From: Thiothrix sp.
GTDB lineage: Bacteria > Pseudomonadota > Gammaproteobacteria > Poriferisulfidales > GCA-002705445
Reading direction: 5' to 3'
Assembly (NCBI GenBank): GCA_038141665.1
Contig: JAYQIN010000002.1
Coordinates: forward strand, 3,604-67,603
DNA: 64,000 bases
Under the pieces are notes generated by a model that had not been told where the DNA came from, did not search any database, and saw only the letters and a program-made list of their open reading frames with translations. The position numbers and the translations under genes are program-made. Shown here one piece after another: positions 10,126 to 21,424 of this stretch. Numbering within the stretch: the first letter of the stretch is position 1; each line of letters opens with the position of its first letter.

Positions 10126-11016
10126 ATGTTGAAGGTTCTTTTAATATTTTTTATTACTATTACAGCATACGCGGGAAGTGATGGTGTAGATGATGTTGTA
10201 GATGATGTTGTAAAAAAAAATATTGGAAAAATTAATAATTTCGCTGCAGATTCTATATCAGACTTCTTGAGTGGCCCTGGTACGACAGAAGTTAAAGTTA
10301 AAGGTTTAGAAAATAAAAAACCTGAATACTCTATAATGTTACTTAGACCATTCTCATTATCAGAAGATCACTCATTTTTCTCTCAAATGCAGTTAAATCA
10401 TTATTACATAAGAAACGATGGAAGAGTTGCTGTTAATATTGGTTTAGGGTATCGAAAAATTTTCAATGACAACTATATTTTAGGTGTAAATTTATTTTTA
10501 GATGCCGATGACGAAGATAACACAAGGTCAAGCATAGGTTTAGAATTAAAAACAAATGCTTTTGAGGCTTACGCAAATTATTATTCAGCCATCTCTAGCT
10601 CAACAAAGGTTGGTGTAAACACTGAAAGAGTTTTAGATGGATATGATTTTCATGCTCTTGGTCAAGTACCATTTTTACCTTGGGCAAAAATTCATTACAC
10701 ATATTTTGATTGGGATGCAGATAAACTATCAACAGACACTGATGGAAGTGATTTATCATTAGAAATGCTTATTACGCAAAATATTTTAGTTGAAGTTGGT
10801 TATTCAGATAATAATTTTAGATCAGCAGATGGTTTCGGTTCGGTTAGATTCATATACCCTGGCAGAGAAGGAATCTCAGCTTTCGATGAATTTATAAGTG
10901 AAGAAGCCTTTGCTTCCGGCACAGTAAATCATTTACTTCTTACAAAAGTTGAAAGAGATAATAAAATGAAAATTGAAACAGAAAGCGAAGGTGTTGTTAT
11001 TGGGAGACTTGACTAA
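10126..11016 (+). CDS. putative outer-membrane beta-barrel protein (signal peptide; intimin/inverse-autotransporter-like beta domain?)
   Basis: N-terminal signal peptide MLKVLLIFFITITAYAG, alternating amphipathic strands, aromatic-rich C-terminus. DDVVDDVV tandem repeat at the N-terminus. Confidence 0.4.
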   Translation: MLKVLLIFFITITAYAGSDGVDDVVDDVVKKNIGKINNFAADSISDFLSGPGTTEVKVKGLENKKPEYSIMLLRPFSLSEDHSFFSQMQLNHYYIRNDGRVAVNIGLGYRKIFNDNYILGVNLFLDADDEDNTRSSIGLELKTNAFEAYANYYSAISSSTKVGVNTERVLDGYDFHALGQVPFLPWAKIHYTYFDWDADKLSTDTDGSDLSLEMLITQNILVEVGYSDNNFRSADGFGSVRFIYPGREGISAFDEFISEEAFASGTVNHLLLTKVERDNKMKIETESEGVVIGRLD

Positions 11017-11729
11017 TGAAAAATTTATTATTTGCTATTTTAATTTTCTTTTTTAACGTAATTATCCATGCAGATACTACTGAGTATGCAGATGCAGAAC
11101 AATATAGTGTAACAATTGAGTCTGTAAAATTATGTCAAAATGCAACAATTAACAGCGAAGAATCATTTTCTGTGTCAGGGTGTGTCACATTAGGAAATAC
11201 CTCTTTAACCGTTGATATAACTTCTGCAGAAGTAAATGGAACTCTAGGTAAGTACGCTGATACCAATGCTTTGCAAGCTGGCACAACTTATAGATATTTT
11301 GTTCCTACCATCAATAGAAATTTTTCTGTAAAGGGTAGCGCGCTTTTAGATTCTCAAATTAGTGGAACTTTTACATGCAACACTGATGAAAATGCAACTC
11401 AAGGCAGCAATGCAAAAAATGTTACCCAAATAGCAGGAAATGTTAATGGGGTTGCGTCCACTACTGCAACTTTTTCAACCTCAACCACAAATTCTGGAAT
11501 TGTTTGTTTGAATACTGAATGCAGCAATACGCAAACGGGTTTAAATTTTGATAACAATATGCCAAATGATACAACTTTATACGGTAATTCAATGAATGTC
11601 CCGTCAGATACTACACCGACAATGGAGATGTTTATACACTTCCTCTCCATTCACTATGGGAAATATTCCTCCAGTTATAAATATGAGTTTTGGAACCAAG
11701 TCCTCTATTCAGATGGAATCCACAAGTAG
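11016..11729 (+). CDS. secreted Thr/Ser/Asn-rich protein with conserved Cys pairs, translationally coupled to the upstream OMP (TAATG overlap)
   Basis: Signal peptide MKNLLFAILIFFFNVIIHA, 237 aa, 6 Cys. The C-terminal end may be affected by a frameshift (an alternative frame continues). Confidence 0.35.
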   Translation: MKNLLFAILIFFFNVIIHADTTEYADAEQYSVTIESVKLCQNATINSEESFSVSGCVTLGNTSLTVDITSAEVNGTLGKYADTNALQAGTTYRYFVPTINRNFSVKGSALLDSQISGTFTCNTDENATQGSNAKNVTQIAGNVNGVASTTATFSTSTTNSGIVCLNTECSNTQTGLNFDNNMPNDTTLYGNSMNVPSDTTPTMEMFIHFLSIHYGKYSSSYKYEFWNQVLYSDGIHK

Positions 11730-11804
11730 ATGCTGGCTCGGATAGTTGTAGAGTCTCAGCATATTTTCCAAAATTTAGAGTTACTCTAAGTTTGCCTGAT
11801 TAAT

Positions 11805-12182
11805 TTAATTAGGTCTAAAGAAGTTATTTTTTCTAGCTCTTAATGCAAGAATAGCCAGAGCAAGAATCAAAATAGCTCCAGATTCATAAATTAAAATCAT
11901 CGGATCAAAATCCTTTCGTTGTAAAATTATTAAACGCGCCAAAGCTGTAATTGCAATAAAGATAGGATGTGAAATCGCTATTCTATTTGTTACATAGTAT
12001 TCTTTAATCATTCCTATAACTTCAAGAAAAATAAATAATAATAGAATGTCTGCAAGACTTACTGACCCTAGAATTATGACTTTCGAAATTTCTTGACCAA
12101 TAGCTGTGAGTGTTGCGATTAATAATATGATTAATATTATTTTTTCAATAACATCAAAGTATTTTGAAGTGTTCATATTCAA
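11805..12182 (-). CDS. psiE: phosphate-starvation-inducible protein PsiE family membrane protein
   Basis: 125 aa, four TM segments. Sequence and size fit the PsiE family. Confidence 0.5.
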   Translation of the reverse strand: MNMNTSKYFDVIEKIILIILLIATLTAIGQEISKVIILGSVSLADILLLFIFLEVIGMIKEYYVTNRIAISHPIFIAITALARLIILQRKDFDPMILIYESGAILILALAILALRARKNNFFRPN

Positions 12183-12281
12183 TTATCCTAGCATAATCAC
12201 TATTTGCTAACAATAATAAGTAATATTAGTAGATGTTATTTGATTTACGATTAATTTTTGATGATATGGCTAATATTTTTG

Positions 12282-12310
12282 TTGACTAGTATCATCCTGT
12301 ACTTCAAAAT
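12282..12310 (+). promoter_or_regulatory. candidate sigma70 promoter for the tRNA-tuf operon (TTGACT-N17-CAAAAT)
   Basis: -35 TTGACT at 12282-12287, 17-nt spacer, -10 CAAAAT at 12305-12310. About 14 nt upstream of tRNA-Tyr. Confidence 0.35.
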
Positions 12311-12323
12311 TCTTGCCTTAATC

Positions 12324-12408
12324 GGAGGGGTACTCAAGCGGTCAACGAGGGCAGACTGTAAATCTGCTGGCTATGCCTTCGGAGGTTCGAATCCTCCCCC
12401 CTCCACCA
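12324..12408 (+). tRNA. tyrU: tRNA-Tyr (GUA), long variable arm
   Basis: GGAGGGG...ACTGTAAATC...GGTTCGAATCCTCCCCCCTCCACCA, near-identical architecture to E. coli tRNA-Tyr. Confidence 0.9.
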
Positions 12409-12517
12409 TTAATTACTATATTTTACTATGTCTGTTAGAATATAAAAATTAAGAGGTATTTGGGTTTATTTTGCTGATTTAATAGGGTTTTGCGTGATTT
12501 TTTAGATAATTTTTATT

Positions 12518-12591
<74 letters not shown>

Positions 12592-12643
12592 ATAAAATTA
12601 GCAAAAATTTAGAGCAATCCTGTTAAAAACAGTATACAATCAC

Positions 12644-12719
<76 letters not shown>

Positions 12720-12756
12720 TGAATAAAAATACTATAGGCCGCGGAGGGCGATAGAG

Positions 12757-13947
12757 ATGTCAAAAGCAAAATTTGAAAGAAATAAACCACATATGAATGT
12801 GGGAACTATTGGTCACGTTGACCATGGAAAAACTACATTAACAGCTGCGATCACAAAAGTTATGGCAGAAAAAATGGGTGGTGAATTTAAAGATTATGGT
12901 GATATTGATAATGCTCCTGAGGAAAGAGAGAGAGGTATCACTATCGCTACGGCTCACGTCGAATATGAGTCTGATAGTCGTCATTATGCTCACGTAGATT
13001 GCCCAGGCCATGCTGATTATGTAAAAAATATGATAACAGGTGCTGCACAAATGGATGGAGCAATATTGGTTGTAAGTGCGGCCGATGGTGCAATGCCACA
13101 AACTAAAGAACATATTCTTTTAGCACGTCAGGTTGGGGTTCCAAATATTGTTGTTTATTTAAATAAGGCTGACCAAGTTGATGATGCTGAGTTAACAGAA
13201 TTAGTCGAGATGGAAATTAGAGAGTTGTTAACTTCATATGAATTTGATGGAGATAATATTCCATTTGTAAGTGGTTCAGCTCTAAAAGCACTTGAAGGTG
13301 ACACATCAGATATCGGCGCTCCATCAATCGAAAAAATTGTTGCAGCGATGGATGAATTTTTCCCGCAGCCAGAAAGAGCAACAGATGGTGATTTCCTAAT
13401 GCCTGTTGAAGATGTTTTTTCAATATCAGGAAGAGGTACCGTTGTTACAGGTAGAGTCGAAAGAGGCGTAATTAATGTTAACGATGAAATTGAAATTTGT
13501 GGAATCAAGGATACACAAAAATCAGTTTGTACTGGTGTTGAAATGTTTAGAAAACTTTTAGACCAAGGTCAAGCTGGAGACAATGTTGGAGTTCTTCTTA
13601 GAGGTACTAAAAGAGAAGAAGTTGAACGCGGCCAAGTTTTATGCAAACCTGGTTCTATAAAACCTCATACTAAATATGAATGTGAAGTATATATTTTATC
13701 TAAAGACGAAGGTGGAAGACATACTCCATTCTTTAATGGATATAGACCTCAATTTTATTTTAGAACAACTGATGTTACAGGTGCTGCAACACTTCCTTCT
13801 GGAACAGAAATGGTAATGCCAGGTGATAATGTAAGCATGACAGTTGAGTTGATTGCACCAGTTGCAATGGAGCAAGGATTAAAATTTGCTATTCGTGAGG
13901 GTGGAAGAACAGTTGGTGCTGGAGTTGTTTCAAAAATTATTGAATAA
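12757..13947 (+). CDS. tuf: elongation factor Tu
   Basis: 396 aa, [22 protein letters not shown] motifs. Intact. Confidence 0.95.
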   Translation: MSKAKFERNKPHMNVGTIGHVDHGKTTLTAAITKVMAEKMGGEFKDYGDIDNAPEERERGITIATAHVEYESDSRHYAHVDCPGHADYVKNMITGAAQMDGAILVVSAADGAMPQTKEHILLARQVGVPNIVVYLNKADQVDDAELTELVEMEIRELLTSYEFDGDNIPFVSGSALKALEGDTSDIGAPSIEKIVAAMDEFFPQPERATDGDFLMPVEDVFSISGRGTVVTGRVERGVINVNDEIEICGIKDTQKSVCTGVEMFRKLLDQGQAGDNVGVLLRGTKREEVERGQVLCKPGSIKPHTKYECEVYILSKDEGGRHTPFFNGYRPQFYFRTTDVTGAATLPSGTEMVMPGDNVSMTVELIAPVAMEQGLKFAIREGGRTVGAGVVSKIIE

Positions 13948-13971
13948 TATTTTTGATAATATAATAAAATA

Positions 13972-14000
13972 AGCGGGTTGTTTATCTACCCGCTTTTTTG
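13972..14000 (+). terminator. rho-independent terminator after tuf
   Basis: AGCGGGT-loop-ACCCGCT followed by TTTTTT. Confidence 0.7.
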
Positions 14001-14013
14001 GTTTTTTAAATAT

Positions 14014-14089
14014 AGGCCAGTGGCTCAATTGGTAGAGCATCGGTCTCCAAAACCGGAGGTTGGGGGTTCGAGTCCCTCCTGGCCTGCCA
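14014..14089 (+). tRNA. trpT: tRNA-Trp (CCA)
   Basis: AGGCCAGTGGCTCAATTGGTAGAGCATCGGTCTCCAAAACCGG...GGCCTGCCA. Confidence 0.9.
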
Positions 14090-14099
14090 GAATAGAATT

Positions 14100-14471
14100 A
14101 TGGTTGCGAACAAATTGGATATTGAGACAAACAAAAATGATTTAATAAAGTGGGTGCTATCGCTCATAATATTTGTTGCTGCGTTATTTGCATTTTATTA
14201 TTTCGACCAATATCCTTTAATATATAGAGTTTTAGGATTATTAGGGGTAGTACTTTTAGATTTCTTAATTTTATTTAATACTGAAAAAGTTAAATCATTA
14301 AGAGTTTTTGCCTATGATGCTAGAGTAGAGTTAAAAAAAGTTATCTGGTCAACAAAAACTGAGGTAATACAAACAACAATCATAGTCTTTGTAGTTGTTA
14401 TAATAATGTCTATACTTTTATGGTTGCTGGATAAGCTTCTTGGAGCTGGAATTAAATTATTGTTAGCATAA
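14100..14471 (+). CDS. secE: preprotein translocase subunit SecE
   Basis: 123 aa, three TM segments. Position between tRNA-Trp and nusG. Confidence 0.8.
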   Translation: MVANKLDIETNKNDLIKWVLSLIIFVAALFAFYYFDQYPLIYRVLGLLGVVLLDFLILFNTEKVKSLRVFAYDARVELKKVIWSTKTEVIQTTIIVFVVVIIMSILLWLLDKLLGAGIKLLLA

Positions 14472-14488
14472 ATTTGTGCTAACTTACG

Positions 14489-15034
14489 GTGGTTAGGAAT
14501 ATGTCTTTAAAATGGTTTGTGATACATGCTTATTCTGGATATGAAAACCAGGTTAAAAAATCTTTATTAGAAAGAATAGAGATGCATGGTATGAGCGATA
14601 AGTTCGGAAAAATACTTGTTCCTACAGAAGAGGTTGTAGAAATGAAAGATGGACAAAAGCATAAAAGTGAAAGAAAGTTCTTTCCGGGTTATGTTTTGGT
14701 TCAGATGGAAATGAATGATGAAACTTGGCATTTGGTAAAAAAATCACCAAAGGTTATGGGTTTTATTGGAGGATCTTCAGATAAACCAGCACCAATAAGT
14801 GATGATGAGGCTCACAATATAATGAATAGGATCCAAGAAGGTGTTGAAAAACCTAAACATAAAGTATTATTTGAGCCTGGCGAAGTAGTTAGAGTAATAG
14901 ATGGTCCTTTTAATGACTTTAATGGTGTTGTCGAAGAAGTAGATTATGAAAAGAGTAGGATGCAAGTCGCAGTTCAAATATTTGGCAGATCTACTCCAGT
15001 TGAGTTAGAATTCGGTCAGGTTGAAAAAGGATAA
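14489..15034 (+). CDS. nusG: transcription antiterminator NusG
   Basis: 181 aa. NGN domain ([15 protein letters not shown]) and C-terminal KOW ([22 protein letters not shown]). Confidence 0.9.
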   Translation: MVRNMSLKWFVIHAYSGYENQVKKSLLERIEMHGMSDKFGKILVPTEEVVEMKDGQKHKSERKFFPGYVLVQMEMNDETWHLVKKSPKVMGFIGGSSDKPAPISDDEAHNIMNRIQEGVEKPKHKVLFEPGEVVRVIDGPFNDFNGVVEEVDYEKSRMQVAVQIFGRSTPVELEFGQVEKG

Positions 15035-15038
15035 AAAA

Positions 15039-15479
15039 ATGGCAAAAAAAGGAAAAAAAGAGATAGAAGCATATATAAAACTTCAGATTCCAGCTGGTGA
15101 AGCAAACCCTAGCCCGCCCGTAGGTCCTGCTTTAGGTCAGCATGGTTTAAATATTCAAGAATTTTGTAAATCATTTAATGGAAAAACAGAAAAAATTGAG
15201 AAAGGCTTAAAGGTTCCTGTTATTATTTCTGTTTATTCTGATAAAAGTTTTGATTTTGTGATTAAAACAACCCCAGCAGCAATTTTATTAAGAAAAGCAG
15301 CTGGCGTAGAAAAAGGAAGTGGTACCCCAAACTCTGTTAAAGTCGGGTCTGTCACAATCCAGCAAGTTGAAGAAATTGCTAAGGCAAAAATGGAAGATTT
15401 AAATGCCACTACTTTAGAAGCCGCTGTTAAGATAATTTCAGGAAGCGCTAGAAGTATGGGCATTACTGTAGAGAATTAA
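15039..15479 (+). CDS. rplK: 50S ribosomal protein L11
   Basis: [36 protein letters not shown]. Confidence 0.9.
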   Translation: MAKKGKKEIEAYIKLQIPAGEANPSPPVGPALGQHGLNIQEFCKSFNGKTEKIEKGLKVPVIISVYSDKSFDFVIKTTPAAILLRKAAGVEKGSGTPNSVKVGSVTIQQVEEIAKAKMEDLNATTLEAAVKIISGSARSMGITVEN

Positions 15480-15497
15480 TATTTGGTATATATTAAA

Positions 15498-16193
15498 ATG
15501 AATCAATTAAAATCAAAAAGAATGAAAGAGTGCTACAAAGATTTAGATAAATCTAAAGTTTATCAAGATTTAGAAGCTATAAAAATACTTAAAAATAAAT
15601 CTTCAGTAAAATTTGTAGAATCTTTAGATGTAAGTATAAATTTAGGTATTGATGCAAAAAAATCAGATCAAAATATCAGGGGCTCATTAGTTTTACCAAA
15701 TGGTACCGGCAAAACAGTTAAAGTCGCTGTATTTTGTGATGGCGATGATGCAAAAAAAGCAAAGGATGCTGGAGCAGATATGGTTGGCATGGAAGATTTA
15801 GTTGACTTAGCTAAAAAAGGCGACTTTGATTTTGATGTTGTGATCGCAACTCCAGATACAATGAGGGTGGTTAGTCCATTAGGACAAATATTAGGCCCAA
15901 AAGGACTTATGCCAAACCCAAAAGTTGGAACAGTTTCAAAAGATGTTGAAAAAGCAGTTAGAAATGCAAAATCTGGACAAGTTCAGTACAGAACTGATAA
16001 AGGTGGTATTGTACATTGCTCGATAGGCAAGGTAGAATTCACAGAAGACATGTTAGCAGAGAATTTGAGAGCTTTGATTGCAGAGATTATTAAAGCAAAA
16101 CCATCTTCTGCTAAAGGAAAATATTTAAAGAAGATTTCATTATCTTCTTCTATGGGACCTAGTTTAGAATTAGATCAGGCTTCCTTTACATAG
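15498..16193 (+). CDS. rplA: 50S ribosomal protein L1
   Basis: L1 homolog. Start taken at [11 protein letters not shown]. Confidence 0.85.
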   Translation: MNQLKSKRMKECYKDLDKSKVYQDLEAIKILKNKSSVKFVESLDVSINLGIDAKKSDQNIRGSLVLPNGTGKTVKVAVFCDGDDAKKAKDAGADMVGMEDLVDLAKKGDFDFDVVIATPDTMRVVSPLGQILGPKGLMPNPKVGTVSKDVEKAVRNAKSGQVQYRTDKGGIVHCSIGKVEFTEDMLAENLRALIAEIIKAKPSSAKGKYLKKISLSSSMGPSLELDQASFT

Positions 16194-16308
16194 GCTTTGT
16201 GAAGTTGTTTTAGTTAAACAACTATCAAAGACCGTAGGTGTATGAAGATACTTAATTTCCTACGCAGATAATTATACTGAAAGGTATACACAAGTTTGGA
16301 GTAATAAA
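16194..16308 (+). promoter_or_regulatory. rplJ (L10) leader region with stem-loop (AGTTGTTT...AAACAACT at 16210-16233)
   Basis: 115-nt untranslated region between rplA and rplJ containing a perfect 8-bp hairpin. This is the position of the L10(L12)4 autoregulatory leader in other bacteria. Confidence 0.4.
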
Positions 16309-16837
16309 GTGGCGTTAAATATTGGTGAAAAAAAAGATGTAGTAAAAGAGATTTCTGATATTGCATCGTCTGCTCAGTCTGCAGGTAGCAGCAGAGTACA
16401 GAGGTTTAACTGTTCAAGAGCTTTCTACATTAAGAGATAATGCTAGGAATCTTGGTGTTTATGTTAAAGTTATTAAAAATAGTTTAGCTAAGATTGCTAT
16501 CAAAGATACTAGCTTGGAATGTATGGACTCCTCTTTAAAGGGTCCCTTGATTTTTGCTTTTTCTAAAGAAGATCTTGGATCAGCAGCAAAACTAGTTAAT
16601 GACTTTAAAAAAGAGAATCAGTTATTAAAGCCAGTAGTTGTTGCTGTAAATGGAGAATTAGTAGATGTCGACAAATTAAGTCAGATAGCTGCATTACCAA
16701 ATAAAGATCAGGCAATAAGTATGCTCATGTCTGTTATGAAAGCACCAATAGAAAAACTTACACGAACATTGGCAGCGCCAAATGTAAAATTAGTTCAAAC
16801 ACTTTCAGCATATAAAATAAAACTAGAGCAAAATTAA
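16309..16837 (+). CDS. rplJ: 50S ribosomal protein L10, apparent +1 frameshift (extra G near 16384) in this sequence
   Basis: GTG start with GGAG Shine-Dalgarno gives VALNIGEKKDVVKEISDIASSAQSA in frame 1. It continues as VAAEYRGLTVQELSTLRDNARNLGVYVKVIKNSL in frame 2. Both halves are colinear with E. coli L10. Confidence 0.8.
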
Positions 16838-16872
16838 CAAAATTTATTTAAGTTTATACTTAGGAGAGTAAA

Positions 16873-17256
16873 ATGGCAGTATCAAAAGAAGATATTTTAG
16901 AATCAATTTCTAATATGAGCGTCATGGATGTTGTGGAGCTTGTAGAAGCTATGGAAGAAAAGTTTGGAGTTTCAGCAGCGTCTGTCGCAGCCGCTCCAGC
17001 AGCAGCTCCAGGTGGAGCAGCACCCGCTGAAGCAGCAGAAGAACAATCAGAGTTTACAATTAAAATGAGTAGCTTTGGATCAAATAAAGTTGCAGTAATT
17101 AAAGTTGTAAGAGCCATCACCGGACTTGGTTTGAAAGATGCTAAAGATATGGTTGAGGGAGCACCAGTAACTGTAAAAGAAGGTGTTTCTAAGCAAGAGG
17201 CTGATGAAGCAAAAAAACAATTAGAGGAAGCTGGAGCAACTGTTGAGCTCAGTTAA
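16873..17256 (+). CDS. rplL: 50S ribosomal protein L7/L12
   Basis: 127 aa, Ala/Pro hinge [20 protein letters not shown]-terminal [25 protein letters not shown]. Confidence 0.95.
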   Translation: MAVSKEDILESISNMSVMDVVELVEAMEEKFGVSAASVAAAPAAAPGGAAPAEAAEEQSEFTIKMSSFGSNKVAVIKVVRAITGLGLKDAKDMVEGAPVTVKEGVSKQEADEAKKQLEEAGATVELS

Positions 17257-17287
17257 ATTTTTTTATAAAATTTGTATAGAAGATGCT

Positions 17288-17330
17288 AGTAACTTTTTTG
17301 TTACTGGCATATTTTTGTTTTTTTAATATT
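17288..17330 (+). terminator. rplL-rpoB intergenic attenuator/terminator hairpin
   Basis: AGTAAC-TTTTTT-GTTACT hairpin followed by a T-rich tract. Classic attenuator position. Confidence 0.55.
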
Positions 17331-17347
17331 AATACTTAAGGGTCATT

Positions 17348-20300
17348 ATGGAATATACATATACAGAAAAGAAAAGAATCAGAAAAAATTTTGGTAAAAG
17401 GAAGCAGGTTATCGATATACCTCCTATGCTAGACATACAAACCGATTCTTATTCTGACTTTTTGAGCACAAGTGCAAATATTGAGACAAGATCTATTTCA
17501 GGGCTGCATAAGGCTTTTCATTCTGTTTTTCCAATAATTAGTCATTCAGGCCATGTAAGACTAGAGTATATTGACTACTCTGTTGGTACACCAATATTTA
17601 ATGTCCAAGAATGCCAATTGAGAGGACTTACCTACGCTGCCCCGTTAAAAGTTTTGATGAGACTAGTTATATGCGAAAGAGATAATCCTGAAAAAGTAAA
17701 AGACATTAAAGAACAAGAAGTTTTTATGGGCGATATACCATTAATGACTAATAAAGGTTCGTTTGTTATAAATGGTACTGAAAGGGTTGTTGTTTCTCAA
17801 CTTCATAGATCACCAGGAGTTTTCTTTGATCATGATAAAGGTAAAACTCATTCTTCTGGTAAATTATTATATTCAGCTAGAATAATTCCTTATCGTGGCT
17901 CATGGTTGGACTTTGAGTTTGACCCTAAAGATGCATTATTTGCAAGAATTGATAGGAAAAGAAAATTACCTGCAACTATATTGTTAAGGGCCTTGGGTTA
18001 TGAAACTAATGAAATAATAGACTTATTCTTTGAAAAAGATGAAATAAAAATTGAAAAAGATTTATTCAAACTTAAGTTGATTCCTGAAAGATTGAAAGGA
18101 ACAATTGCCAGCGACGAACTAAAAATTAAAAATAAGGTATTAATTGAAAAAGGAAAAATATTTAATGCAAGACATGTAAAGATGTTGCAAGATGCAAAAA
18201 TCGAGTATCTTCCAATAAGCGAAGAGTATTTATATGGAAAAATTATTGGTCAAGATATTTTAGATGAAGAGACCGGCGAAATAATTGTTTCTCTAAACAC
18301 AACAATAGATCATGAGAATATCGATTTAATAAAAAAATTAAACTTAAATGGCTTTGAAATTTTATTTACAAACGAAATTGATAATGGTCCTTACATATAT
18401 AACACATTATTAATAGATCCATCTACAAATCAATTAGAAGCACAAGTTGAAATATACAAGATGATGAGACCTGGTGAACCTCCAACTAAAGATGCGGCTC
18501 AAAATCTTTTTACAAACCTTTTCTTCGTCGAAGAAAGATATGATCTCTCTGAAGTAGGTAGAATGAAGTTCAATGCTCGCTTAGATAAAAATAATAGTTC
18601 AGAGGGAGTTCTAAATAAAAATGATATTGTTGACGTCATTAAAGAATTGGTAAATATAAGAAATGGCAATGGAACTGTTGATGACATAGATCATCTTGGA
18701 AATAGAAGAGTTCGTTCTGTTGGAGAAATGATTGAAAATGTTTACCGAGTTGGATTAGTTAGAGTTGAAAGAGCAGTTAAGGAAAGATTAACCATCGCAG
18801 AATCCGAAGGTTTAATGCCGCAAGAGTTAATTAATGCAAAACCAGTAATGGCAGCAATTAAAGAATTTTTTGGATCTAGCCAGCTTTCTCAGTTTATGGA
18901 TCAAAATAATCCTTTGTCAGAAATAACACATAAAAGAAGAATATCTGCTTTAGGCCCAGGTGGTTTAACTAGAGAAAGAGCAGGCTTTGAAGTTAGAGAT
19001 GTTCACCCTACACATTATGGAAGAGTTTGTCCGATAGAAACTCCTGAAGGTCCAAACATCGGTTTAATTAACTCATTGGCTGTATTTTCTAGAACTAATA
19101 AGTATGGATTCCTTGAAACACCTTATAGAAAAGTAATTAATTCAAAAGTAACTTCTGAAATAGAATATTTATCTGCTATAGATGAATCAAAATATGTTAT
19201 TGCTCAAGCTAACGCTGAATTAGATAAAAAAGGAAAATTTACTGATGATTTTGTTTCTTGCAGACATTTAAATGAATTTATGATGTCAACTCCAGAAAAG
19301 ATTGATTATATTGATGTTTCTCCAATGCAAATTGTCTCCGTAGCATCATCTGTAATTCCATTTTTAGAGCATGACGATGCCAACAGAGCTCTTATGGGAT
19401 CAAATATGCAAAGACAAGCTGTACCAACATTAATTGCCGAAAAACCGCTAGTTGGAACTGGAATGGAAAGAGCAATCGCAAGGGATTCTCATGCTGCACT
19501 TATAGCTAATAGGGGTGGAAAAGTTGATAGCGTAGATGCAGGCAGAATAGTTGTAAGAGTTAATGATTCAGAAACTACATCTGAAGAAGCTGGTGTAGAT
19601 ATATATAACTTAACTAAATATACAAGATCAAATCAGAATACTTGTATAAATCAAAGACCTCTTGTTAAAGTTGGTGATATTATTGCTAAAAATGATGTTC
19701 TTGCGGACGGACCATCTACTGATCTTGGCGAACTTGCACTTGGCCAAAATATGTTAATAGCTTTTATGCCATGGAATGGATATAACTTTGAAGATTCTAT
19801 TTTAATATCAGATAGAGTTGTAGAGGAAGATAGATTCACAACAATCCATATAGAAGAATTAACATGCATTACTAGAGATACAAAGTTAGGAGCAGAAGAA
19901 ATTACTGCTGATATTCCAAATGTAAGCGAGAGTTTACTGGGTAAGTTAGATGAGTCAGGAATCGTTTACGTCGGAGCTGAAATAAGTCCTAACGATATAT
20001 TGGTTGGAAAAGTAACACCGAAAGGTGAAACGCAACTTTCTCCTGAAGAAAAATTGTTGAGAGCAATATTTGGAGAAAAAGCCTCTGATGTAAAGGACAC
20101 TTCTCTAAGAGTACCTTCGGGAATTGAAGGAACGGTTATAGATGTGAGAGTGTATACTCGCGATGGAATAGATAAAGATGATAGATCTCTTGATATTGAA
20201 AAAGAACAAGTTGAATTAGCTAAAAAAGATATCGCAGATCAATTAAGAATTTATGAAGATGATATTTTATTTAGAGTAAAAAACTTAATTTTAAATAAAG

Positions 20301-21424
20301 TTTCTGAAGGAGGTCCTAATAATCTTAAAAAAGGAGATAAAGTTACGGAAGTTTATTTAGATAATCTTGATAAAACTAATTGGTTAGATATTAGAATAAG
20401 AGATGAGAAAATAAATGTGCAGTTAGAAAAATTGGCAAAACAATTAGCAAAACAAAAAGTTAATTTAAAAGAAACTCTTGAAAGACAAGAAGCAAAAATA
20501 ACTGCAGGCGGCGACCTTTTGCCTGGAGTTTTGAAGATAATCAAAGTTTATTTAGCTGTGAAAAGAAGACTTCAGCCTGGTGACAAAATGGCTGGACGTC
20601 ATGGAAACAAAGGAGTTATTTCTATGATTGTTCCAGTTGAAGATATGCCGCATATGGAGGATGGCACACCTGTAGATGTTGTTTTAAATCCTTTAGGTGT
20701 TCCCTCAAGAATGAATGTTGGTCAGGTTTTAGAAACTCATTTAGGTTGGGCTGCAAAAGGTTTGGGAATAAAAATTGGAAAAATGTTAGACAAAGATACA
20801 CCTATAAAAACTATTAGATCTTTCTTAGAAACTGTATATAGCGTTGGTGCAAATGAAAAAACTAGTCTAAAAGATTTTACAGATGAAGAAATTAAAAGCC
20901 TTGCGAATAATTTAAGAAATGGTGTCCCAATGGCAACCCCTGTTTTTGATGGCGCACATGAAAATGAAATTAAGGAGATGTTAAAATTAGCTGATCTCCC
21001 AGAGTCAGGTCAAGCAAAACTTATTGACGGAAGAACTGGGGAGTATTTTGATCGTGAAACCACAGTTGGATATATGAATGTTCTGAAATTAAATCATTTG
21101 GTTGATGATAAAATGCATGCTAGGTCGACTGGGCCATACAGTCTTGTAACTCAGCAACCTTTGGGCGGTAAAGCTCAATTTGGCGGGCAAAGATTTGGAG
21201 AAATGGAAGTTTGGGCATTAGAAGCATATGGCGCCGGGTATACTCTTCAAGAAATGCTGACAGTCAAGTCTGATGATGTGAGCGGAAGAAATAAAATGTA
21301 TAAAAATATTGTTGATGATTCTCAAAGTATTGATGCTGGAATGCCAGAATCTTTTAATGTATTGATGAAAGAGATTAAATCTTTAGGAATAAATATTGAA
21401 CTTGAAAAGGATGAAAGCAAATGA
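17348..21424 (+). CDS. rpoB: DNA-directed RNA polymerase beta subunit
   Basis: 1358 aa, single intact ORF. Confidence 0.97.
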   Translation: MEYTYTEKKRIRKNFGKRKQVIDIPPMLDIQTDSYSDFLSTSANIETRSISGLHKAFHSVFPIISHSGHVRLEYIDYSVGTPIFNVQECQLRGLTYAAPLKVLMRLVICERDNPEKVKDIKEQEVFMGDIPLMTNKGSFVINGTERVVVSQLHRSPGVFFDHDKGKTHSSGKLLYSARIIPYRGSWLDFEFDPKDALFARIDRKRKLPATILLRALGYETNEIIDLFFEKDEIKIEKDLFKLKLIPERLKGTIASDELKIKNKVLIEKGKIFNARHVKMLQDAKIEYLPISEEYLYGKIIGQDILDEETGEIIVSLNTTIDHENIDLIKKLNLNGFEILFTNEIDNGPYIYNTLLIDPSTNQLEAQVEIYKMMRPGEPPTKDAAQNLFTNLFFVEERYDLSEVGRMKFNARLDKNNSSEGVLNKNDIVDVIKELVNIRNGNGTVDDIDHLGNRRVRSVGEMIENVYRVGLVRVERAVKERLTIAESEGLMPQELINAKPVMAAIKEFFGSSQLSQFMDQNNPLSEITHKRRISALGPGGLTRERAGFEVRDVHPTHYGRVCPIETPEGPNIGLINSLAVFSRTNKYGFLETPYRKVINSKVTSEIEYLSAIDESKYVIAQANAELDKKGKFTDDFVSCRHLNEFMMSTPEKIDYIDVSPMQIVSVASSVIPFLEHDDANRALMGSNMQRQAVPTLIAEKPLVGTGMERAIARDSHAALIANRGGKVDSVDAGRIVVRVNDSETTSEEAGVDIYNLTKYTRSNQNTCINQRPLVKVGDIIAKNDVLADGPSTDLGELALGQNMLIAFMPWNGYNFEDSILISDRVVEEDRFTTIHIEELTCITRDTKLGAEEITADIPNVSESLLGKLDESGIVYVGAEISPNDILVGKVTPKGETQLSPEEKLLRAIFGEKASDVKDTSLRVPSGIEGTVIDVRVYTRDGIDKDDRSLDIEKEQVELAKKDIADQLRIYEDDILFRVKNLILNKVSEGGPNNLKKGDKVTEVYLDNLDKTNWLDIRIRDEKINVQLEKLAKQLAKQKVNLKETLERQEAKITAGGDLLPGVLKIIKVYLAVKRRLQPGDKMAGRHGNKGVISMIVPVEDMPHMEDGTPVDVVLNPLGVPSRMNVGQVLETHLGWAAKGLGIKIGKMLDKDTPIKTIRSFLETVYSVGANEKTSLKDFTDEEIKSLANNLRNGVPMATPVFDGAHENEIKEMLKLADLPESGQAKLIDGRTGEYFDRETTVGYMNVLKLNHLVDDKMHARSTGPYSLVTQQPLGGKAQFGGQRFGEMEVWALEAYGAGYTLQEMLTVKSDDVSGRNKMYKNIVDDSQSIDAGMPESFNVLMKEIKSLGINIELEKDESK

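Noticed and set aside
10186-10215. Tandem 12-nt repeat gatgatgttgta x2 as a repeat element
   Set aside because: It is in-frame coding sequence (DDVVDDVV) in the OMP N-terminus. At only two copies it is not a mobile or CRISPR-like repeat.
12258-12452. 64-aa plus-strand ORF
   Set aside because: It overlaps tRNA-Tyr entirely. Its 'protein' is the tRNA sequence translated.
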